Below, piece by piece: positions 49,036 to 57,178 of a stretch of 64,000 nt of DNA (positions are counted from its first letter, which is position 1; every line of letters starts with the position of its first letter). The notes under the pieces were generated by a model. It was not told the origin of the DNA. It was given only the letters and a program-made list of their open reading frames with translations, and ran no database searches. The DNA is from Methanotrichaceae archaeon (lineage in GTDB: Archaea; Halobacteriota; Methanosarcinia; Methanotrichales; Methanotrichaceae). The translations under genes and the position numbers were made by a program. Location of the stretch: contig CAVVKN010000025.1 in NCBI GenBank assembly GCA_963748825.1, positions 1 through 64,000 of the forward strand, written 5' to 3'.

Positions 49036-50220
49036 TTAAGTTGTGTAGTTGGCATTTACATTCACATACTCGTGGGTAAGATCGCAGCCAAAGCCACGTG
49101 CGCTGGCATTACCAAGGGCGAGGTCAATATTGATGGTAATAGTATCCCCTTTCATGATCTCTTTAGCCCGGTCCAAAACACCATCCACAATGCGGCCCTT
49201 TTCTACCAGCGAGACCTTGAGGCTTGCTCCTTCTGGGCTCTTTCCCTCCAGGCCCAGTGTGATCTTTGTTGGATCCATCTCTGCACCCGAGTATCCCACG
49301 GCACAGATGATGCGGCCCCAGTTGGGATCGGCGCCGTAAACCGCCGTCTTGACCAGGCTGCTTCTGGCCACGGCCTTGGCAGCCAGGCGGGCGTCCGCCT
49401 CATTGAGAGCTCCGCTGACCACCGTCTCAAAGTACTTGCTTGCGCCCTCGCCATCTCTGGCCATCATGCGGGCCAGCTCCATGCAGACGTACCGCAGGGC
49501 TTCGCGGAAATCCGCCTCCCCCCGGCCTTTGGCCTTTCCTGTAGACGTGAGAAGCACAGTGTCGTTGGTGCTGGTGTCTCCGTCCACGGTGAGCATATTG
49601 AAGCTGTCTTTCACGGCATCGGCCAGACAGTCGTGCAGCGTTTGCGCGGGGAAATCCGCGTCTGTGTAAAGGAAGCAGAGCATGGTAGCCATATTGGGCT
49701 CGATCATTCCCGCGCCCTTGACGATGCCGGCCACGCGCAGACCCTCATGCTCCACAGCGATCTCTTTTACGCGAGTGTCCGTGGTCATGATAGCCCGCTC
49801 TGCCTCTGTGCTCGCCTCGCCAACGCTACGTAGCCTCACTTTGGCCTGCTCGAAAAGGCTCTCGATTTTTGGCAAGTCCATGTAGCGGCCGATAACCCCG
49901 GTCGAGGCTACAGCGATCTTCTTTTCATCAGTTCCCAGAAAACCGGCCAAAAGTCGGGCCATGGCCCTTGCGTCCTCCAAGCCTCGCGGGCCGGTGTAAG
50001 CATTGGCGCAGCCGCTGTTAGCGATGACGCCATCCAGATGGCCGCCAGCTGCGAGGTGCTCAGCCGTGACGTCCAGCGGCGCAGCTCTCACCTTGTTGGT
50101 GGTGAACATGCCCGCAGCAGCTCCAGAGGCGGCGATCAGTGCCAGGCCGTATTTTCCCTGGCGCACTCCAGAAGCTCGCACGCCTGGAACGGCACAGATA
50201 CCGCCTTCAACCCTCTGCAT
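49036..50220 (-). CDS. argJ: Ornithine acetyltransferase / N-acetylglutamate synthase
   Basis: IMTTD, KGAGMIEPNMATML, DGDTSTND, DPNWGRI. Confidence 0.97.
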   Translation of the reverse strand: MQRVEGGICAVPGVRASGVRQGKYGLALIAASGAAAGMFTTNKVRAAPLDVTAEHLAAGGHLDGVIANSGCANAYTGPRGLEDARAMARLLAGFLGTDEKKIAVASTGVIGRYMDLPKIESLFEQAKVRLRSVGEASTEAERAIMTTDTRVKEIAVEHEGLRVAGIVKGAGMIEPNMATMLCFLYTDADFPAQTLHDCLADAVKDSFNMLTVDGDTSTNDTVLLTSTGKAKGRGEADFREALRYVCMELARMMARDGEGASKYFETVVSGALNEADARLAAKAVARSSLVKTAVYGADPNWGRIICAVGYSGAEMDPTKITLGLEGKSPEGASLKVSLVEKGRIVDGVLDRAKEIMKGDTITINIDLALGNASARGFGCDLTHEYVNVNANYTT

Positions 50221-50686
50221 GCTGCATCCCCAGGCCGGATATGATATCGCCCCTGGTTACTATGCCCACCAGCCTTCCGTCCTCCACCACCGGCAGTCGG
50301 TTTATGCGGTGGCGGGTCATGATGCTTGCTGCCTCCTCCACTGAGTCATCCGGTCCCACATCATGCAGGTTCAGGCTCATGATATTGCCAACCTTCTTCT
50401 TTGGAATCTCCTCCAGGCTGGCATGCATCCTTTCCCACTTCACCAGATCACGGAATGGAATCTCGAAGACCTCGAAGGGGCTGGGAAGCCAGAGACCGCC
50501 TTCCTTCTCTTCCACTGATAAAAGGCGCAAGAGGTCCGATTCCGATACAACCCCCACCAGCTTCTCTCCATCCAGGACCGGCATGCCGCTAATCTTATTC
50601 TCGCGCAGGAGGCGGGCCGCCTCGCTTACAAGAGCCTCTGCCTGGACTGTGACAGGCTTGACGTTCATAACATCTCTGACTTTCAT
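50207..50686 (-). CDS. CBS-domain pair protein
   Basis: ISGMPVLD..LVGVVSESD; INRLPVV..LVGIVTRGD. Confidence 0.9.
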   Translation of the reverse strand: MKVRDVMNVKPVTVQAEALVSEAARLLRENKISGMPVLDGEKLVGVVSESDLLRLLSVEEKEGGLWLPSPFEVFEIPFRDLVKWERMHASLEEIPKKKVGNIMSLNLHDVGPDDSVEEAASIMTRHRINRLPVVEDGRLVGIVTRGDIISGLGMQHAEG

Positions 50687-50714
50687 TTATTTCCACCTAT
50701 TTTCACATATTAAT

Positions 50715-51740
50715 TCAGGGCGCCATGCCTGCGAACCACAGGCCCGCCTTCTCATCGAAACCTGCCATGAGGTTCATGTTCTGAATGGCCTGGCCGGACG
50801 CTCCCTTCACCAGGTTATCTATGGCTGATATGACCACCAGTCGATCGCTATCCTTCTCCGGCTCAAAGCTTATGTCGCAGAAGTTGGAGCCTCGCACCGA
50901 GGACAGCTTGGGAATGCCGTCCGCCATGCGAACAAAGGGGGCGTTCTTGTAGAACTCGCGATAGATCGAGGCTACCTGGTTCTTATCCTGCAGCGTCTCG
51001 ATGGCGTCGGGGCGGGCGAAGACATGCGCTGTGGTGAGGATGCCCCGCACGGAGGGGATGACATGGGGAGTGAAGTTCACCTTTATGCCTGGCGAGAGGC
51101 GGGAGAGCTCCTGCTTGATCTCCGGGACGTGCCGGTGCGTTGTGAGCTTGTAGGGGATGACATTTTGCGACATATTGGGATAGTGGCTGGTCTCGGTCGG
51201 CTCCACTCCTGCGCCGGAGATGCCCGACTTGGAATCATAGACCACACGCTCCACCAGACCGGCTTTGGCCAGCGGAGCCACGGCCAGTGTAGCTCCCGTG
51301 GGATAGCAACCGGGATTGCCCACAAGTTTGGCCCGCGCCACTTCGGGATGAAGCTCAGTCAGGCCGAAGACCGCTTCACGGGGAGCGCGGTGCTTGGTGC
51401 CATAAGTCTTCTCGAAGACATCCGTGGGCAGGCGGTAGTCGGAAGACAGGTCGATGACCCGCGTGCCGGAGTCTAATAGCTCGGGCACCCAGTCCATGGC
51501 TGTGCCATGGGGAACGGCGGTAAATACAATATCGCAGCGCTCGGCAGCCTCTTTGGCATTGAGCGCCTCAAAGTTGAGAGAATAAATGCTCTTTAAATGA
51601 GGATGAACGGTTGTTACGCTCTTTCCCGCCAGCTTTCTGGAGGTGACGGCAACTACCTTGACATCGGGATGATTTGCAAGGAGGCGCAAGAGCTCCCCAC
51701 CGGTGTAGCCCGAACCACCGACAATTCCTACATCTATCAT
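50715..51740 (-). CDS. argC: N-acetyl-gamma-glutamyl-phosphate reductase
   Basis: GGSGYTGGEL, NPGCYPT, DNLVKGASGQA. Confidence 0.97.
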   Translation of the reverse strand: MIDVGIVGGSGYTGGELLRLLANHPDVKVVAVTSRKLAGKSVTTVHPHLKSIYSLNFEALNAKEAAERCDIVFTAVPHGTAMDWVPELLDSGTRVIDLSSDYRLPTDVFEKTYGTKHRAPREAVFGLTELHPEVARAKLVGNPGCYPTGATLAVAPLAKAGLVERVVYDSKSGISGAGVEPTETSHYPNMSQNVIPYKLTTHRHVPEIKQELSRLSPGIKVNFTPHVIPSVRGILTTAHVFARPDAIETLQDKNQVASIYREFYKNAPFVRMADGIPKLSSVRGSNFCDISFEPEKDSDRLVVISAIDNLVKGASGQAIQNMNLMAGFDEKAGLWFAGMAP

Positions 51741-51779
51741 AAAATCCCTCACGAGCTAATGATATAAATTCGCCACGCC

Positions 51780-52727
51780 CTAGCGGCAAAAGGAGGCGGA
51801 AAGCTCTGAGAGGCCACGTGCGGCATCCTCAATTCTCTCCCTTCCTTCCAGGGCGGCCAGCCAGCTCTGCGGGATCCAGGATGAGCCTAGGGCCGCGCCG
51901 AAGAGGGAGCCGGCGATGGAGGCAATGGAGTCGGTATCGCCCCCGCTGCTGGCGGCCATGATGAGCGCCTCCTGCGGCTCAAACTTCAGGAAGCAGTAGA
52001 ATGCGGCGGGAACGGTCTCCGAGGCTAGTGGGGAATTTCTGATCACGCCCAGGGCGTCCTCAGGCTGCAGGTCTAAGAGTGTGCCAACCCAGAGAAGCCT
52101 TTCCGCAAAATATGCATCCAGGCGGCTGGCCTGGGAGGCGGCGTTCCTCAAGATCATCTCCTTGGAAAAGCCGTTCACGGAGAGAGCAACACCTACAGCG
52201 ACGGCCACGGCTGCGGCCCGGGCGGTGGCAGAGGTATGGGTGGGCAGGCTCTGCAAATCGGCATAGCTCTTCACGATGTTCAAATCGAAGTTGTAGAGAA
52301 GGCCGATGGGAGCCGCCCGCATGGCCGAGCCGCATGTGGGAATGGCCAGGCCCGACTGCTGCCACGCTGTTCCGGCGATCATGTTCTCTACGGCGCAGCG
52401 TGTGGCAAAGCCCACCCCACGGTTGAGCCTCTCGTCGAGCGTCCAGGCAGCTCCCCAGGCGGTGAGCTTTTCTGCAAATCGGTCTGCGGAAAAACCGGAA
52501 GTCTCGATGAGCGACTCGGCCAAAAGCAGCGTCTCCTCAGTGTCATCGGTGAACTGGCCGGCAGAAAGGCCGCTGTGAAAGTGGCCCTCGGGAGCGGGCA
52601 TCATCTCACGAACCAGGCCGAATTTAGAGCCAATCTCCCGGGCAGTGTAGCCCTCCGTGGGCATTCCCAGAGCATCGCCCACGGCTACGCCCAAGAGACA
52701 GCCGCGGAAACGGTCCAATAAATCCAT
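51780..52727 (-). CDS. ADP-ribosylglycohydrolase family protein
   Basis: GDALGMPTE, FTDDT, GSAMR, GGDTDS. Confidence 0.92.
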   Translation of the reverse strand: MDLLDRFRGCLLGVAVGDALGMPTEGYTAREIGSKFGLVREMMPAPEGHFHSGLSAGQFTDDTEETLLLAESLIETSGFSADRFAEKLTAWGAAWTLDERLNRGVGFATRCAVENMIAGTAWQQSGLAIPTCGSAMRAAPIGLLYNFDLNIVKSYADLQSLPTHTSATARAAAVAVAVGVALSVNGFSKEMILRNAASQASRLDAYFAERLLWVGTLLDLQPEDALGVIRNSPLASETVPAAFYCFLKFEPQEALIMAASSGGDTDSIASIAGSLFGAALGSSWIPQSWLAALEGRERIEDAARGLSELSASFCR

Positions 52728-52826
52728 GGGCTGAAATGATTATGGCATGGGACTAATAACCATCGGAATAGCACTTCCTGGAACCGGCCAAAGGATTATT
52801 GCTGCTCAATCCCCACTAAGACTCTC

Positions 52827-53449
52827 GTGGACTCTCACCTCAATTCTCACCTTAAGGCCTGGGATAAAGATTACGCGAGCCGTGGCCGCCTCTGGGGGGG
52901 CGCCGTTATGGATCTGCCCCTCCTGCCGAAGGCTCGTCTGTCCTGGAGCTGGGCTGCGGCGACGGCAAAACTCTGTCGGGCATGCCCGGCGGCTGGAAGA
53001 TCGTCGCCCTGGACATCTCGCAGAAGGCCCTTCAATTTAGTCGCAGGCTGCTTCCTGATGTCGAACTTGTCTTGGCCGACGCCTGCCGCCTGCCCCTGCA
53101 AAGTGCCAGCTTCGATGCAGTCTTCGCTTTCCATGTGACCGGGCACCTGCTTGTAGAGGGCCGCAGAGCCCTTGCCCGTGAGGCGGCGCGTGTGCTCGTG
53201 CGCGGGGGAAGGCTCTTTTTCCGGGAGTTCGGGACGGATGACATGCGGGCGGGCCTGGGCGAGGAAGTGGAGGCCAAGACATTTCGAAGGGGCACGGGCA
53301 TCCTCACCCACTACTTCACCGAAAGCGAGGTGGCAGGCATCTTTTGCGAGCTTGAGCCGGCCACTATCGGCACGCATCGCTGGAAGCTGCGCGTAAAAGG
53401 CCAGGATTTGCAGCGCTCTGAGGTGGAGGCGGTATTCATCAAGAGCTAG
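52827..53449 (+). pseudogene. Class I SAM methyltransferase with -1 frameshift at ~52927 (possible assembly error)
   Basis: AWDKDY...DLPLLP / EGSSVLELGCGDGKT...ALDIS...ADACRLP. Confidence 0.82.
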
Positions 53450-53691
53450 TTGTAGTAATAGTGAATCATAATTTTCTAGTTATTGCAATTATGCAGCTCA
53501 TAAATTTGCAGGAATTAATTAAATTATGCATTTCTTTTTATTATCTTTGAAATTGCCTCTAGTATATAGAATACCATAAGGTTTATATCTTTCTTCGTAT
53601 AAATCGTCGATTGCCGTTAGGAGCGGCAAATTAGGTGCTGAAGCCTCTCGCAAATAGTGTTCTTCTCAGCACCGATGTGTTAGGTGGTTTG

Positions 53692-53814
53692 ATGAAACGA
53701 GAACGTAATTTAGCGGGAGCTAGGCAAGTTAATACAGATCCTCCTGGAATTGTTGTAAGAAGTGATTTTTTTTGCTATGGCTATGACGGGCCACAGTCTT
53801 ACATAGGCATATAA
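53692..53814 (+). CDS. Candidate 40 aa small protein
   Basis: AGGTGG RBS-like motif before ATG; ends 19 nt before next gene. Confidence 0.35.
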   Translation: MKRERNLAGARQVNTDPPGIVVRSDFFCYGYDGPQSYIGI

Positions 53815-53833
53815 GTTTAGAGGTGATAATAAG

Positions 53834-54337
53834 ATGTCTGGTTTTATGATGGTTGGGTGCATACTTTCCGATGAACTCCTGGGCCTCACAGAATACTATG
53901 ATGCCGTTCTTAGCAGAACAGGACTTGTAAAAAAAGAGAGCGAGTTTCGGACCAATAAACTCAGCATGATATTAGATTTTATAAGAACTATTTGCATTCC
54001 AGAAAATCCTAAAAAAGAATTAACATCGGCTATCATCGAAGCCTGGCGGCTCCAGGTTCCGGAGAGGACCTTAATACAAAGAGAGGAAGAACTGAGACGA
54101 GTTATGGACAGTATATGCAGCATAAAAAACGTGGCAAAATGGATTGAAAGGCGCAAAGATCCAATGAATGGATCACAACTGAATTTTAGAGTCTTATCGG
54201 ATCTTCCAATAGCACCATCCGACTTTCGATCTGAAGACGTTCCAAAGATTTATGATCTACTCAGCCAAATCATGGATTATTGCATGTCCATAACTGAGAG
54301 CAATCTATGCCTCAGCCCTGAGGCCAGCCCCTCCTAA
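53834..54337 (+). CDS. Hypothetical protein
   Basis: 167 aa, GAGGTGA RBS, AT-rich. Confidence 0.65.
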   Translation: MSGFMMVGCILSDELLGLTEYYDAVLSRTGLVKKESEFRTNKLSMILDFIRTICIPENPKKELTSAIIEAWRLQVPERTLIQREEELRRVMDSICSIKNVAKWIERRKDPMNGSQLNFRVLSDLPIAPSDFRSEDVPKIYDLLSQIMDYCMSITESNLCLSPEASPS

Positions 54338-54434
54338 TCTCTAATATTTTGGCGCCTGCAAGCTTGGAAGTAATCTGGCATCAGTAATTTTAATTTTTAT
54401 ATATCCATAGATTTTTTGCTAATAATATACATAT

Positions 54435-54803
54435 CTAGCTCTTTAGATTTACAGTAACATCTCCAATTAGCTTCTCACCATCCCTGTAGGCATCGATTAG
54501 CTTTTCAATTGTCATATCATCTTGATTTTCGTACCTAATTTTTGCCTCGTTTAATACCCTCCAAGCATTTCGCATGCTATTCGACTTTGTTCCTAAGTTG
54601 AAAGACGTCATTATGCCAACAGAGATCGCTGCGCCCCAGGCAATCCATGGAGTTAAGGAAGTCTTTTCCCCAATTGTAGAGGCAACAGTTATTGTCAGTA
54701 TTACAGCTATCAAACCCAAGGATATATGCAAAAACCTAAGTATGCCGGCACTTCGATACCAGACATTAACCGCTTCCTTGATTTCATCAGGTACTTCTCT
54801 CAT
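54435..54803 (-). CDS. SLATT/DUF4231-like two-TM protein
   Basis: WY then two TM helices, then helical tail (RNAW..L...RY); GGAGGGAG RBS. Confidence 0.6.
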   Translation of the reverse strand: MREVPDEIKEAVNVWYRSAGILRFLHISLGLIAVILTITVASTIGEKTSLTPWIAWGAAISVGIMTSFNLGTKSNSMRNAWRVLNEAKIRYENQDDMTIEKLIDAYRDGEKLIGDVTVNLKS

Positions 54804-54913
54804 ATTGTTACTCCCTCCGTGTACCTAGTATCTGTATCAAATTTGAAATAAATCTTGCTATTGTTTAGGTCGAGGCCTCCTTGCTCTCGGGATTTTCGGG
54901 CCGTTTATTCATA

Positions 54914-54964
54914 GGGCAAAGACTTATGCGCGCCGAGGTGGAGGCGGTCTTCCTCAAGAGCTGA
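54914..54964 (+). pseudogene. Decayed duplicate of methyltransferase 3' end (53399-53449)
   Basis: GAGGTGGAGGCGGTCTTCCTCAAGAGCTGA vs GAGGTGGAGGCGGTATTCATCAAGAGCTAG. Confidence 0.75.
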
Positions 54965-55430
54965 TGTCAGGAAACTGGAATTGGTCGGGCATGAAGTTGG
55001 TGGCATCGGCCTTGTAGAGGTCCAGCTCCAGGATGGTATACTCGATCTCCTCTCCTACGTCCTTTGTCTCGAAGATCATGGGGGTATTGTAGCGGTAATA
55101 GCCATAGACTTTGTCAAACTTCCCTTCCCCTGCATTCCAACCGTCTCCTATGGTGAAGTAAAGACCGTATTCGCCATCCTCAATGCCGTCCACTTCTAGC
55201 GCGTCCTTGGCGCGCAGGTAGACGGCAAGCTTCGGCTTCACCTTCTTGTCGGTAAGCACGGCCACCGTGTCCATGGTCCAGTTGTTGTAGATAACCAGCA
55301 GGCCATATCCGTCCCGGTGCATGTCGCGGATGTAGGTGCCGGTTTCGGGGCGGTCGGCTGGCTTTGCCTGCGTACTTGAAACGCCAAATAATAATATAAG
55401 AATTATGAGACACATTGTTTTTTGGCGCAT
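54954..55430 (-). CDS. Secreted hypothetical protein
   Basis: Signal peptide MRQKTMCLIILIL; beta-rich domain with GEYGLYFTIG. Confidence 0.7.
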   Translation of the reverse strand: MRQKTMCLIILILLFGVSSTQAKPADRPETGTYIRDMHRDGYGLLVIYNNWTMDTVAVLTDKKVKPKLAVYLRAKDALEVDGIEDGEYGLYFTIGDGWNAGEGKFDKVYGYYRYNTPMIFETKDVGEEIEYTILELDLYKADATNFMPDQFQFPDISS

Positions 55431-55618
55431 GAAATCCCTTCTTAAGCCGTTGATATACTTCCTGGTATTTATCTCTTTGATCACTTCCTCCGGCGATCTC
55501 CGACAGCTACGCCCGCTCGCACCCGCTCCCAGGCCAGCGCATGTGCACCCGCGAGAGATTCTTTAGCTTTTTTCGAAACAAGGATTCTAGCCACGATTCG
55601 GTACTTTCAATTTCAATG

Positions 55619-56017
55619 TTACTCCGTTCGCTTGATGACGATGGTATCAGATATCCTATTGAATAAACGCTGTCTGCTCTCGCGAAAAGCATACCAGCCG
55701 ATGAAGCAGTCGACGGGAAGCAGAAATGCCTTTCCAAATGACTCTACCGCTGCGTCTCTAAACCTGATTCTCTCTCCAAGAGGACCTGTTACAACTAGGT
55801 TAAAGAGCATCTTCCCCAGCGACTGACCTCTATAACCTTCTAATGCAGTCCAATAAATGAATAATATTGCTGCCAGTAGAACGGCTCCACTAATGCCTAA
55901 GGCATCCATTTTTAAAACGATCAGAATTCTGTGCCAGAGGATGCACATAAGAAGAACATCGATCAACCAGGCCCAAAAACGATCTTCCCAGCTTGACAAT
56001 ACTATTATCTCATCCAT
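55619..56017 (-). CDS. RDD-family membrane protein
   Basis: RFWAWLID, GQSLGKM, QRLFNRISDT. Confidence 0.88.
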   Translation of the reverse strand: MDEIIVLSSWEDRFWAWLIDVLLMCILWHRILIVLKMDALGISGAVLLAAILFIYWTALEGYRGQSLGKMLFNLVVTGPLGERIRFRDAAVESFGKAFLLPVDCFIGWYAFRESRQRLFNRISDTIVIKRTE

Positions 56018-56122
56018 AAGAACTCCCTTTGAGACAACATTGTATCCAGATTTTCACAATTCTATAATCATGATTCGAGCTGATCTATTGGCTCCCCAAA
56101 AAAGGAGGATGGGGCCTGGTGA

Positions 56123-57178
56123 TTAACTGGCCTTCTTCTGCTTCTTTCGGTACATGTATCCGCCTGCTGCTATTATGATGATGAGAACAATTCCTGCAGG
56201 CAGAAGCAGTGATGCGGAAGCGGCCTTGACCGTCACCGGTATTTTCATGCTCTCCGAGATGACCGTGTCGCCGTTTAGGTCAGTATACTTGATCTCGCTG
56301 TTAATTGCGTAGTCCTTGGGCGTGGCATCGGAGTCCACATCCAGCCTGAAGACCACCGTTTTCTCTTCCCCGGGCAGCAAGGTGCCGATGAAGGCCTGGT
56401 CATCGGTAGATGAAAATGGCTTGAAGATGGAGAGCCTTGCAACAGCATCCTTGATGGGATCCTCCCCGATATTCTTGTAGGTGGCAGAAATTGGTGCTTT
56501 CTTGGCTCCGGTTAAGAGAACTCCTGAGTTGTTCAAGATCTCAAAGTCCGCCTGCTTCTTGACGGTGATGGTGATGGGCAGCGTCTGGTTGGCCTTCTGG
56601 TAGATGTAGGAAACTCTATAGTTTGCCAGAGTGGGCGCGCTCCCGCTGGTGACAAGTTGGGAGGCATAGACCCGAACATTATCCTGATAGTCATAAGACA
56701 TGTTTAACTGCAGAGGATATTTGCCGGCAGGAGCGTGCTCCCCGATCTTCAGGGTGAACTTTAGGGGCGATTGGGTCTTGTCTCCCGATTTAAGGGACTG
56801 GACGACCTGGTCGCCGGACTTTATGTCGATCTGCTGGCTTTCTGAGCTGAGGCTGGCGGTGATCCCCAAAGCGGTAGGCTTCTTATACTCCTCCTGCAAT
56901 TCAGCCGCAGCCAGAGCGAACTCTTTGGGGTTCTGAGGTGTCAGATCCTCCTTGAAGCCGAGGATCCTTCCGTAGTTGGTCAGATCCAAATACAGCGAGA
57001 CGGTATCTCCCCGCTCGAACTCATTAGTTCCCGAAACACTGGCGGAGATATCTGGACTGCCGTACATGGTATAGTAATTGTCTCCTCCGAGCTCATAGGG
57101 AATGTAAGTATTCTGGGCAGAAGCAGTAGCCAGAAGTGTCAACATAATAGCCGTAGCTATGGCAAACTTAATTTCCAT
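56123..57178 (-). CDS. COG1361-type S-layer/surface protein
   Basis: Signal peptide, Ig-like repeats, C-terminal TM plus basic tail; coupled to RND gene. Confidence 0.8.
   Translation of the reverse strand: MEIKFAIATAIMLTLLATASAQNTYIPYELGGDNYYTMYGSPDISASVSGTNEFERGDTVSLYLDLTNYGRILGFKEDLTPQNPKEFALAAAELQEEYKKPTALGITASLSSESQQIDIKSGDQVVQSLKSGDKTQSPLKFTLKIGEHAPAGKYPLQLNMSYDYQDNVRVYASQLVTSGSAPTLANYRVSYIYQKANQTLPITITVKKQADFEILNNSGVLLTGAKKAPISATYKNIGEDPIKDAVARLSIFKPFSSTDDQAFIGTLLPGEEKTVVFRLDVDSDATPKDYAINSEIKYTDLNGDTVISESMKIPVTVKAASASLLLPAGIVLIIIIAAGGYMYRKKQKKAS

Noticed and set aside
55505-55555. GC-rich patch resembling the array repeat in reverse
   Set aside because: Similarity too short and weak to support by eye
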